From assembly GCA_030390025.1 (NCBI GenBank), contig CM059432.1, forward strand, positions 87,732,001-87,796,000: a DNA stretch of 64,000 bases. Reading direction: 5' to 3'. Positions 35,961-46,994 of this stretch are shown here, piece after piece. The number at the start of each line of letters is the position of its first letter. The first letter of the stretch is position 1. The DNA comes from Squalus acanthias. Taxonomy: Eukaryota. The notes beneath the pieces are model-generated. The model ran no database searches. It was not told the origin of the DNA and saw only the letters and a program-made list of their open reading frames with translations. The translations under genes were made by a program, and so were the position numbers.

Positions 35961-37677
35961 TAGACTGCTGTCATTGTGGTTCTGGGCTCTACCATCTCCT
36001 CAGGCTATCAGTGTGGAGAGCAAAAATAGGGGCTTCCATAGCATCACTACATTCCTTCACTCTGTCCTCACACAGAGCAGTAGGAGTATCGAGGCACACA
36101 ACAGTGCCATTAGCTCCATGGCACAGGCTCATGCTGTCCTCTTCCAGGATGACAGCACATCTGCTCCCCAGTTTGCAGTTGAGCCCTCAAGGGCTATATC
36201 TGTTCGAGGTCACCCACCACGGCCATCTTAAGTGCCCTCAGTGTATGATCAGCAGTCTTCCATCTCCGGGACTCCAGCAACAGGAGAGCCACCTCGTAGG
36301 AGCACTAGAATATGTAAATGATGACAGAGGCTAGGCGGAAAGGGATTACACTAGGGTGATTTCAGTTCACCGTTAATAGAACAAAAATTTGATAAATCCG
36401 GAATGTACAAAATGTAAAGTAATGATTTTTTTTTGCATTGTCGTCACATTTATGTGTTTGCGCCTGTTCTTGGTGCAAGGAATCCAGGCCCCTCCTCCCA
36501 CCACCACATTGGGAGCCCCTGGAAGTGCACGTGAAAAACAAAGAAAAGGATATTTGGCATGTGGGTCTCTGCCTCTTTTTCCTCTACTTTGCGCTCAGGA
36601 AATAAACCTACCCCAGCCGCTCAACAGAGGATAATGGCTCCATTGAGTTATTGGGAAAAAAAAGTTAGCTTTACTAAAAATAATTGCCCATGTTTCTACA
36701 TATGTCAGCAGTGTGTTAATTCTTGCATTCCTAATCATTTAACAGCACTTGTAGCTTTCCATAAAACATTGTGACACGTGAACCAGTAGCTCCAGTGGTG
36801 AATCGCTCTGAGAAGCAGAGTTTTTATCTATTGAGTGACAGTTTGCTAATCAAGTTCTTCGAACTGATAAGGTTTATCCAGCTATTTGCTGAGCAATTGG
36901 ATGGATCACCACAATAATCTCAGGGCATGGAGAACCAGGCGAGGCCAGTCAGACATTCAGCAGTGGGCATGCAGTCAGTTAATTGTGGAGTAGCAGCGAT
37001 AGTGATGATGCAGCCCAAACTGTCACACACTCACCTAAAGAAGAAGCCTGCTAGTGGGCAGTAACAGTAGAGATCTAATGGGAAAATGGCTGGGCAAGGG
37101 ACGAAAGGAAGTTAAAGATGCTTTCTGTCAACATTCAACATTATGACTAATCAAATATTAAACATCAAAATCTGAGTACAATCATTTGCTTAATGCAATT
37201 ATTTTGAAATGAATTTTTATTGCATAAAGCTCAAATTTATTATGAATATCACTCAGTGTGAATTCATTTCACTGTGATTTTCTTTTAAACGAATACCTAT
37301 ACCTTACACCAAAATGTTTACTTTGCTACAAGAAAAAATAACAATTTGTACTGTATAATGCCAGAGCAGCGGAGGCAGCCCGAGGAGCAGCAAGCGGCGG
37401 TATAAAGGTGAGCTCGGGGGATTTTCCCTAATCCAGGTCCGGGAGAGGGAAGCAAAAAACAATTGAACTGTGACGTCACCAAGAAGCAGGTAAGTGATTG
37501 GTTGGTGAGTATTTTCCCTCTAAATTTTTCTAAGCTTAAAATTTTGCGGTTTCTAGGGTCTCTGTTGTGTAACGGGGACTACTGTTAAGAAAGGGCCCTT
37601 GAGTATATCATTTAATTGAAGTGAAATTGGTGGGATTCATTTAATTTAATTTTAATTAATTAATTAAAGGGTAAGTC

Positions 37678-38579
37678 ATGGCAGGAGAGCTCCGCCCCGT
37701 GATATGCTCCTCCTGCTATATGTGGGAAATCAGGGACACTTCCTGTGTCCCTGACGACCATTTGTGTGGGAAGTGTATCCAGCTGCAGCTACTGATAGAC
37801 CGCATTGCGGCTCTGGAGCTGCAGATGGATGCATATTGGAGCATTCGCAGGTAAAGGGTGTACAGGCAGGAAGTGAATGGGTGACCACCAGGCAGAGTAA
37901 GGGGTGCAGGCAGGTAGTGCAAGGGTCCCCTGTGGCCATCCCCCTCTCAAACAGATATACCACTTTGGATACTGTTGGGGGGGATGACTTATCAGGGGAA
38001 GGCAGCAGCAGCCAACTTCCTGGCACCATGGGTGGCTCTGCTGCACAGGCTGGGAGGAAAAAGTGTGGAAGAGCTATAGTGATAGGGGACTCAATTGTAA
38101 GGGGAATAGATAGGCGTTTCTGCGGCCACAAACGAGACTCCAGGATGGTGTGTTGCCTCCCTGGTGCAAGGGTCAAGGATGTCTCGGAGCGGCTACAGAA
38201 CATTTTGGAGGGGGAGGGCGAACAGCCAGTTGTCATGGTGCACATAGGCACCAACGATACAGGTAAAAAATGGGATAAGGTCCTAAAAGCAGAATATCGG
38301 GAGTTAGGAGGTAAATTAAAAAATAGGACCTCAAAGGTAGTAATCTCAGGATTGCTACCAGTGCCACGTGCTAGTCAGAGTAGAAATAGGAGGCTATTTC
38401 AAATGAATACGTGGCTAGAGGAATGGTGCAAGGGGGAGGGATTCAAATTCCTTGGACATTGGAACCGGTTCTGGGGGAGGTGGGACCAGTACAAACGGGA
38501 CGGTCTGCACCTGGGCAGGGCCGGGACCGATGTCCTAGGGGGAGTGTTTGCTAGTGCTGTTGGGGAGGGTTTAAACTAA
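37678..38579 (+). pseudogene. CR1 ORF1 (Zn finger/leucine zipper + SGNH esterase), internal deletion/frameshift at ~37850
   Basis: MAGELRPVICSSC...CGKCIQLQLL, then IGDSIVR, PGA, HIGTND and DGLHL esterase blocks. Confidence 0.88.
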
Positions 38580-39073
38580 AGTGGCAGGGGGTTGGAACCT
38601 GAGCAGGGAGACAGAGGAAAGGGAAACAAGGATAAAAGCAAAAGACAGGAAGGAGAAAAACAAAAGTAGAAGGCAAAGAACTCAACGGTTTAAATCAAAC
38701 ATGGTTACAGTAAATAATAATTCATATAGGTCTGAGAGCATTAAAAAAACAAACCTGAAGGCTTTGGGGGAAAAATTCAGTTGGTTGCGCCTCCCGTTAG
38801 CGCCTTAAGAGGGCGCTAATGGGGCGCAAAGCCACTAGCGCCCGGGCGCAGCGATGTTTGCGCCGCTCGGGAACTTAACTAGACATTGTGCGGCGGCGCT
38901 AAACTTTACCGCCGCGACCACCTGCGCGCGCAGATTGTGACGTCATTCCATGGTGCAACGCCCTTGTGGCGCCCCGGAGCGGAAATTGAGTGGCGCCCCC
39001 TGCCTTACCGCCTGGCGCATCCAACGACCGGAAGACTGGAACGCTATCAATCGCTGTGGGGCTGGGGGGGGGC

Positions 39074-39083
39074 GCTATTTAAA
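39074..39083 (+). promoter_or_regulatory. Candidate TATA-like element upstream of the Harbinger transposase
   Basis: gctatttaaag lies ~200 bp upstream of the ATG. A similar motif precedes the transposases at ~14835, ~50470 (minus) and ~63727. Confidence 0.45.
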
Positions 39084-39277
39084 GGGGGCCTCTTCCTGTC
39101 TTTTTCTGTGGTTGACATTTTTGCACCACTCGTTCTGAGAGAGAGAGAGAGATTCGGAGAGAGAGAAAGAGAGACTTCTGCATTGAGTCAACGCTGTGTG
39201 AGGTAGTTTTGCCTACTGATCCTAACTTCGCTGCTACTTTGGTTGCTGTCCTTCATAACTTTGCTTGCAAAGAGACT

Positions 39278-40438
39278 ATGGGGGCTGCACTGATTGGGGG
39301 CGTCGTCCTGCTCCAGCTGAATCGGAGGACACAGAGACGCAGAGAGAGAGTGGCAATGATGGCCAGACGGAGGAGGGCCAACAGGCGTATGTACAGGAGA
39401 GCTTACCCTCCCAGGGTATATCGTGAACAGCTCTCCTACATTCATATGTCTGAGGAGCTGTGTTTGCGAAGGCTGCGATTCAGCAAGGAGGTGGTCACTG
39501 AGCTCTGCCACCTGCTGCAGCCAGATCTGCAGCCTCAACTGAGGTCCAGGACGTCTCTGTCGGTGGCAGTGAAGGTCACAGTGGCTCTCAACTTCTATGC
39601 TACTGGCTCATTTCAAGCTGCTGCTGGGGACCTCGCCAATATCTCCCAGTTCGCGGTGCATTGCTGCATCCAGCAGGTCACAAATGCCCTCTTTAAAAGG
39701 AGACGAGAGTTCATCTCTTTCCCCATGACCCCAGACAAGCAGCGTGACCGCGCTCTGGGCTTTGCGAGGATAGCGGGCTTCCCCATGGTGCAGGGCGCCA
39801 TTGACTGCACGCATGTGGCTTTGCGTGCTCCACATGAGAATGCCGAGGAATTCCAGAACAGAAAGGGGTTCCATTCCTTGAATGTTCAGTTGGTCTGTGA
39901 CCACAGACAGCTGATACTAGCTGTCAATGCCCACTATCCTGGCAGCTGCCACGATGCTTTCATCCTGCGCCAGACTACTGTGGCAGAACTTTTCGAGGCA
40001 CCGCATCAGCCAGTTGGTTGGCTTCTCGGGGACAAGGGGTATCCATTGAGCACCTGGCTGATGACACCGCTCCGTACGCCCAACACCCCTGCTGAGCTGC
40101 GGTACAACGAGAGCCATCAAGCTACCAGGAACATAATTGAGCGCACAATCGGCGTGCTGAAGCAACGGTTCCGCTGTCTCGACCATTCTGGAGGAGCCCT
40201 GCAGTACTCGCCTGAGCGAGTATCCAACTTCGTAGTTGTGTGCTGCATGTTGCATAACATGGCAATCGTCAGGACCCAGCCAATGCCACCAGGCCTTGGA
40301 GCACCACCAGAGGAGGAGGAGGAAGAGGAGGAAGAGGACGAGGAGGATGATCATCAGCAGCACCAAGGCAGGAGGGCGGCCCACAGTGGTGAAACTGCAA
40401 GGGCCGTCCGTCAACGGCTGATAGCAAGCCGCTTCTAG
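39278..40438 (+). CDS. Harbinger DDE transposase (HARBI1-like), 386 aa
   Basis: Uninterrupted ORF from ATG 39278 with catalytic motifs GAIDCTH, LLGDKGY and IIERTIGVLKQRF, plus an acidic C-terminal tract. Confidence 0.94.
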   Translation: MGAALIGGVVLLQLNRRTQRRRERVAMMARRRRANRRMYRRAYPPRVYREQLSYIHMSEELCLRRLRFSKEVVTELCHLLQPDLQPQLRSRTSLSVAVKVTVALNFYATGSFQAAAGDLANISQFAVHCCIQQVTNALFKRRREFISFPMTPDKQRDRALGFARIAGFPMVQGAIDCTHVALRAPHENAEEFQNRKGFHSLNVQLVCDHRQLILAVNAHYPGSCHDAFILRQTTVAELFEAPHQPVGWLLGDKGYPLSTWLMTPLRTPNTPAELRYNESHQATRNIIERTIGVLKQRFRCLDHSGGALQYSPERVSNFVVVCCMLHNMAIVRTQPMPPGLGAPPEEEEEEEEEDEEDDHQQHQGRRAAHSGETARAVRQRLIASRF

Positions 40439-40750
40439 GGCCCCTGCTGTGGAAATGGCTTCTGCCATTGCTAACAACATCAATGAACCCAGCACGCAAC
40501 CCCTAAGCCGGCCAAGGCACCAATGATTCCAAACACCAAACATGTATATTTTGAATACAAAAACTTATTTATTTTACAAACTCTGTGTGTGTCATTTCCT
40601 CATGACAAACTCATAGAAATAAACACAAAAAAACAGTCATTAACATAACTGGTTCTCACAACCTGGAGATAATGTCCAAAACACTAGACAAAAGTTGGAC
40701 CACGAACCTCGGCCTTTAATAAAAAAATGACCAGCATTTTGTCACACCTC

Positions 40751-42624
40751 CTACTTTTTGCCCTTCGAGGGTGATCTCCTTCCCTTGCGCACTTCCCCCC
40801 TTCTAACCCTACTGCTCCTCCGTAATGGGACCTCAGTGGCTGCAGCAAGGCTGGTGGAAGGCTGCTGATCGTCAGACCCTGACACTGCAGATGCCCCTGA
40901 AGGACGGCCTCGACCACTTCTGGGCCTGGAGGGCCCGGCTGCAGACTGCACCAACTCTGCATGGGCGGCAGCAGTCTGTCCTACAGGCGGTGGCAAGTGC
41001 AGTGGAGAAGTGACAGTGTTGGCAGCAGGAATGCTGTCATCGTGAGAGAGGACAGCAACACCCTGCTCGCCCGACACACTGGCACTCCCACGGGGCAGCA
41101 CTTCAGCATCCGGAGCAATCTGCTGGAGCACAGATTGCTGGCCTGCTGCGGCGCGGTGAGAGCCCCGGGGACATGTGAACGAACCATCGAGGTTGGCAGC
41201 AGTCAGTGCTCGCGTGGCCTCAATCTGAGTCTGCATGAGAGCAGTCAGAGATGGGATCACGGCAGTCAGTGACTGAATTGCAGCACTAAGCGTTAGTGTG
41301 GCATCCGCCTGTGCTACAGCGAAGTGCTCCACACTCCTTGCCAGTGACTCAATGCATTCGGGCACCCTTCCCACTGCACCCATGAGCTCAGTGTGCATGC
41401 CCACCGCCTGGGTGTTCATTTCTGCGATCAGCCGCTCCTCCTCTGCGTCCATTGCAGTAGGAGTCGCTGGCATACTCTCCCTCTGGGGAGAAGGCCCCCG
41501 TTCTTCCCTACCCCCATGGCGTTGCTGCAGCCCGCTGGGTCCTGGAGCTTCACCCTCATCAGACCCTTCCCCCCTGCTCCCCTCCAGGGAAGGCGTGTTC
41601 CCAGTGTCGGCATGGGCTTCCTCGGGAGAGGGTGGCACTGATGCTCCGGCTTCCTCTTCCTCCTCGGCTGCAGCTTCACTCCCACTGGCAGCTTCAGGGC
41701 CCGTCTCCTCAGCTGGTGAATCACCATCTGAAAACAGGGAGGTACAAGAGTGGCTTTAGCGTGAGGACAGGGTGGCAGTAAGGGAGGAATAAGTGCAGCG
41801 AGTTAGCAAGTTGGATTGAAAGTGTCAAAGGCTGGTGTTGTGAGGGACAAGTGGAAGGACAGAGGACAAAAAGGTGATGACCTTACCATTGCTGTCCAGA
41901 ACGGGGTCGGCGTCTCCAGTGGCGACGGGACCGATCACCCGGCTTGCCACAATCCTGTGGACGCGCTCCTCAAGATCGCTGAGGGGTTGCAGCTGAGGCC
42001 GCCCTCCACCTGTCCGTTGCTGCTGTCTCCTATTATGCGCCAGCTTGGCCTGCAAGTAAAAGGACAGCATCTGAGTAAATATACAGCCATGGTCTTGCCT
42101 GATGTGCCTCCCATAGGTGAATAGCCCTTACTGTATGCAGCCATGGTCTTGCCTGATGTGCCTCCCATAGGTGAATAGCCCTTACTGTATGCAGCCATGG
42201 TCTTGCCTGATGTGCCTCCCATAGGTGAATAGCCCTTACTGTATGCAAAGTGTGGAATGTGTGTGTGTGTTTCATGAAAGGGCCATAGGTGTTGGATGAG
42301 TGTTGTGCATTGGGGTTTTAAGACCCTCTGCCCATAGAGTGAGGTTGAGATGGAGGGATGGAGAGGTATTGAGAAAAAGCCACTCACCCTGACGACCCGA
42401 GTGAGGTCGTTGAACTTTTTGCCGCATTGAACATGGGTCCTGGGCACCATGCTCCTGGAGGAGACGCTCTGAGCCACCTCCCTCCACACTCTTCTGTACT
42501 CGCGTGGCAAAGGCCTCCTGCCACTCTCAGGGAAGAGTATACATCTTCTGCGCTCCACCGCACCAACCAGAGCATCCAAGGCCCGCTCGGTGAAGCGCTG
42601 AGCTCGTTCTCTCACCCTCTCCAT
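40751..42624 (-). CDS. Harbinger Myb/SANT (trihelix) partner protein, 3 exons: 42624-42388, 42049-41887, 41727-40751; 458 aa
   Basis: Exon 1 RAQRFTERALDALV...WREVAQSV...RTHVQCGKKFNDL. Canonical splice sites AGG|GTGAGT, TTGCAG|, G|GTAAG and TTTCAG|. 237+163+977 = 1377 nt, in frame with no internal stop. Exon 2 has RTGGG. Confidence 0.85.
42084..42245. repeat. 3 x 54-bp tandem repeat in intron 1 of the partner gene
   Basis: Unit cagccatggtcttgcctgatgtgcctcccataggtgaatagcccttactgtatg at 42084, 42138 and 42192. Copy 1 has a single unit (~17832). Confidence 0.95.
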
Positions 42625-42983
42625 CCTTGGCAGCAAAATGGATTCACAGGTCTCTCCAGGCCGAGATTCAAGGCTGCAATGAGCAGGGTGTGGCTGGGGA
42701 GCAAGTTGGCCCCCCCGCTTTAAGAACTGGCCGGCGCCAGTGTGTCTGTGTTCCCTCGCTAACTGGCAGCACCTGCGCTGCGCTCGCGCGCTGAGTTAGC
42801 GCCTCACTGCTCGGCCTTTGCGCCTTAAGACAGCTGTGCAGCGCCTGATTTAGCGCTCCACTCACCTCCCGGGGCGGTAAAAGTGAAGTTTCCAGTCAGT
42901 GGCGATAATTAGCGCCAGGCGCTAATTTTTGCGTCCAGACGATATTTGCGCCCCAAACGGGGCGCGACCTAATTTTTCCCCCT

Positions 42984-45781
42984 TTGTGTCTTAATGCAAG
43001 GAGCATTCGGAACAAGGTGGATGAATTAGCTGCGCAAATAGAGGTAAATGAATACGATTTGATTGGGATTACAGAAACATGGCTCCAGGGTGGCCAAGGC
43101 TGGGAACTCAACATCCAGGGGTATTCAATATTTAGGAAAGATAGGCAAAAAAGAAAGGGAGGTGGAGTAGCATTGCTGGTTAAAGAGGGGATTAACACAA
43201 TTGAAAGGAAGGATAGTAACTCTGATGATGTGGAATCTGTATGGGTAGAACTGAAAAATAACAAGGGGCAGAAAACGTTAGTGGGAGTGGTATATAGACC
43301 TCCAAACAGTAATACAGAGGTTGCGGACGGCATTAAAAGGGAAATTAGAGAAGCATGCAGTAAGGGCACAGCAGTCATCATGGGTGACTTTAATTTACAT
43401 ATAGATTGGGCTAACCAAATTAGTAAAAATACTGTGGAGGAGGAATTCCTAGAATGTTTACGGGATGGTTTTCTGGAACAATATGTCGAGGAACCAACCA
43501 GAGATCAGGCCATCTTAGACTGGGTATTATGTAACGAGAAAGGATTAATTAGCAATCTTGTTGTACGAGGCCCCTTGGGTCAGAGTGATCATAATATGAT
43601 AGAATTCTTCATTAGGATGGAGAGTGAAGTAGTTGAATCAGTGACTCGGGTCCTGAATTTAAATAAAGGAAACTACGATGGTATGAGACGCGAATTGGGT
43701 AGGATTGATTGGGGAATGTCACTCAAAGGGTTGACGGTGGATAGGCAATGGCAAACATTCAAAGACTGCATGGATGAACTACAGAATTTGTTCATCCCAG
43801 TGTGGCATAAGAATAAAACAAAAAGGGTGACTCAACCATGGCTAATAAGGGAAATTAGGGATAGCATAAGATCCAAGGAGAGGGCATATAAATTGGCCAG
43901 AAAAAGCGTTAACCCTGAGGATTGGGAGCAGTTTAGGATTCAACAAAGGAGGACAAAGGGATTAATTAAGAAGAGGAAAATAGAATATGAAAGTAAGCTT
44001 GTTGGGAACATAAAATCTGACTGTAAGAGCTTTTATAGATATGTGAAGAGAAAAAGATTAGTGAAATCAAGTGTAGGTCCCTTGCAGTCAGAAGCGGGGG
44101 AAGTTATAATGGGGAACAAAGAAATGGCAGACCAATTAAATACATACTTTGGTTCTGTCTTCACAAAGGAGGACACAAATAACCTCCCAGAGATGTTGGA
44201 GAACATACAGTCTGATGAAAGGGAGGAACTGAAAGAAATCAGTATTTGCAGGAAAATGGTGTTAGGAAAATTGATGGGATTGAAGGCCGATAAATCCCTA
44301 GGGCCTGATAATCTACATCCTAGGGTACTTAAGGAAGTGGCCCTAGAAATAGTAGATGCATTGCTGATCATCTTCCAACATTTGATGGAATCTGGAACTG
44401 TACCCATGGATTGGAGGGTAGCTAATGTTACCCCACTATTCAAAAAGGGTGGTAAAGAGAAAACGGGGAATTACAGACCGGTAAGCCTGACATCGGTAGT
44501 GGGGAAAATGCTAGAGTCCATTATAAAGGATGTAATAGCTGAGCACTTGAAAAACAGTGACAGGATCAGACAAAGTCAACATGGATTTACAAAAGGTAAA
44601 TCGTGCTTGACTAATCTACTGGAATTTTTGAGGATGTAACTGGGAAAATAGATAAGGGAGAACCAGTAGATGTGGTGTATTTGGACTTTCAAAAGGCTTT
44701 CGATAAGGTCCCGCATAAGAGATTAGTGTGTAAAGTTAAGGCACATGGGATTGGGGGCAAGGTATTGACTTGGATAGAGAACTGGTTGGCGGACAGAAAG
44801 CAGAGAGTAGGAATTAATGGGTCTTTTTCCGAGTGGCAGGCAGTGACTAGTGGGGTACCGCAGGGATCGGTCCTTGGACCCCAGCTATTCACAATATACA
44901 TTAATGATCTAGATAAGGGAACTAAATGTAATATCTCCAAGTTTGTAGATGACACAAAGCTGGGTGGGCGTGTATGCTGCGAGGAGGATACCGAGAAACT
45001 CCAGGATGATTTGGACAGGTTGGGTGAGTGGGTAGAAGCGTGGCAGATGCGATATAATGTGGATAAATGCGAGGTTATCCACTTTGGTGTCAAAAACAGA
45101 AAGGCAGACTATTATCTGAATGGCAATAGATTGGGAGAAGGGGAAGTGCAACGAGACCTGGGTGTCCTTGTGCACCAGTCGCTGAAGGTAAGCATGCAGG
45201 TGCAGCAGGCGGTGAAGAAGGCAAATGGTATGTTGGCCTTCATAGCGAGAGGGTTTGAGTATAGGAACAGGGATGTCCTGCTGCAGTTGTACAGGGCCTT
45301 GGTGAGACCACACCTTGAGTACTGTGTGCAGTTTTGGTCGCCTTATCTGAGGAAGGATGTTCTTGCCATGGAAGGAGTTCAGCGAAGATTCACAAGGCTG
45401 ATACCTGGGATGGCAGGAATGATGTATGAAGAGAGATTGGGTCGATTGGGCTTATACTCGCTGGAGTATAGAAGAATGAGAGGGGAGCTCATCGAAACAT
45501 ATAAAATTCTGACAGGTCTGGACAAACTAGATGCAGGAAGAATGTTCCCGATGGTCGGAGAGTCCAGAACCAGGGGTCATAATCTAAGGATAAGGGGTAA
45601 GCCATTTAGGACAGAAATGAGGAAGAATTTCTTCACCCAGAGAGTGGTGAACCTGTAGAATTCTCTACCACAGAAGGTAGTTGAGGCCAAGCCATTAAAT
45701 ATATTCAAGAATGAGTTAGATATATTTCTTAAAGCTAAAAGTATCAAGGGATATGGGGAGAAGGCAGGTGCAGGGTACTGA
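42984..45781 (+). pseudogene. CR1 ORF2 (APE endonuclease + RT), frameshift at ~44630 and stop at 45656
   Basis: NARSIRNK, ITETWL, YRPP, GDFN and SDH APE motifs; RT motifs in ORF 44672-45658. Confidence 0.92.
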
Positions 45782-46224
45782 GTTTGGATGATCAGCCATG
45801 ATCTCATCGAATGGTGGAGCAGGCTCGAGGGGCCGAATGGCCTACTCCTGCTCCTTTCTTCTATGTTTCTATGTTTCTATAATCTATAATGAAGTGTGCT
45901 TCTCAGAAAGTTTATTTTTAATCTAGACTTTTTGCTTAAGTGTTTCATTTATTATGTAAACTACAGCAGCACCATAATAAAAATTTTAAAAAGTCAGGCA
46001 AACATATACCTTTAGTTAATGGGACCACTCAGTTGCTGCAATCAAAATGTGAGTTCCTGACAGTGAACAGACTAAGTGGCTTTCACTGTACAAGAAATTA
46101 CCAAGTGCATACTGAGAACAATTGTTTGCCATGTGCCATCATTTTAAGTGATGAAAGATTTAGCAAATTGCAGTATTAAGTAATAGTTAATAAATGGGTG
46201 CAGAAATACACTAGCAAGAGCTGA

Positions 46225-46580
46225 TACTGCAGTGCAGTGCTGAGGGAGTGCTGCACTGTTCGAGGTGCCGCTTTTTGGATGAGACGTCTGCTCTCTCAGG
46301 TGGACGGGAAAGATCCCATGGCACTATTTCGAAGAAGAGCAGGGGAGTTATCCCAGGTGTCCTGGCCAATATTTATCGCTCAATCAACATCACTAAAAAC
46401 AGATTATCTGGTCATTATCACATTGCTGTTTGTGGGAGCTTGCTGTGCAAAAATTCGTTGTCGCATTTCCTACATTACAACAGTGACTACAATTCAAAAG
46501 TCAGAAGTGGCTGTAAAACACTTTGGAATGCCTTGAGGTTGTGAAAGGCGCTATATAAATGTAAGTCTTTCTTTTCTTTT
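46225..46580 (+). mobile_element. DeuSINE
   Basis: Deu core (gatcccatggcactatttcgaagaagagcaggggag...tgtcctggccaa) and tail gtgaaaggcgctatataaatgtaagtctttc. Confidence 0.82.
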
Positions 46581-46994
46581 TTATATTATGTTGTATACAA
46601 TTGACAAAGTGACTTTGCTGGTATTAAATTATGCTACAGTGAACAGACATGTGCAAAAATGATTAATTTCTGCTGTGAGAATTGGAGTTTCTTACTCAAT
46701 ATTAGGTTAGCAAAATAAATGTCATGTTTGACTTATGGATTTTGAACCCTGATGTAACATAGATTAATGCTGATAAATACATAATTACCTTGCTAACAAA
46801 CGTGCTTGGATATAGATTAGACTGGGATCAGGCTTTTCATAAAATAAAGGTAAAAATAGTCAATCTATAGATCTTTTAATTCTGTAACACTCAATGTGGC
46901 CAAACTCAGTGCTGTTTGTCAGAGCAAGAAAATAGAAATTTCTAAAATATTTCAGTGGGAAATGGTAACATTAATAATAATTTGCATTTATATA

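Larger units (their letters stand above)
38766..42982 (+). mobile_element. Full-length, apparently intact autonomous PIF/Harbinger transposon, copy 2
   Basis: TIRs GGGGGAAAAATT / AATTTTTCCCCC and TSD TTT. The empty site restores the CR1 reading frame NLKALCLNARS. Confidence 0.96.
37361..45884 (+). mobile_element. Full-length CR1 LINE interrupted by Harbinger copy 2
   Basis: 5' UTR, ORF1 (ATG 37678), ORF2 APE+RT, TTCTATG-type repeat tail and candidate 7-bp TSD TATAATG (37354-60, 45885-91). Confidence 0.92.

Noticed and set aside
39278..40438. Domesticated host gene HARBI1
   Set aside because: It is flanked by TIRs and a TSD, inserted in a LINE and multi-copy, so it is a transposon gene.
42084..42245. 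CRISPR-like array
   Set aside because: Head-to-tail identical units with no spacers, no cas genes, and a eukaryotic context.
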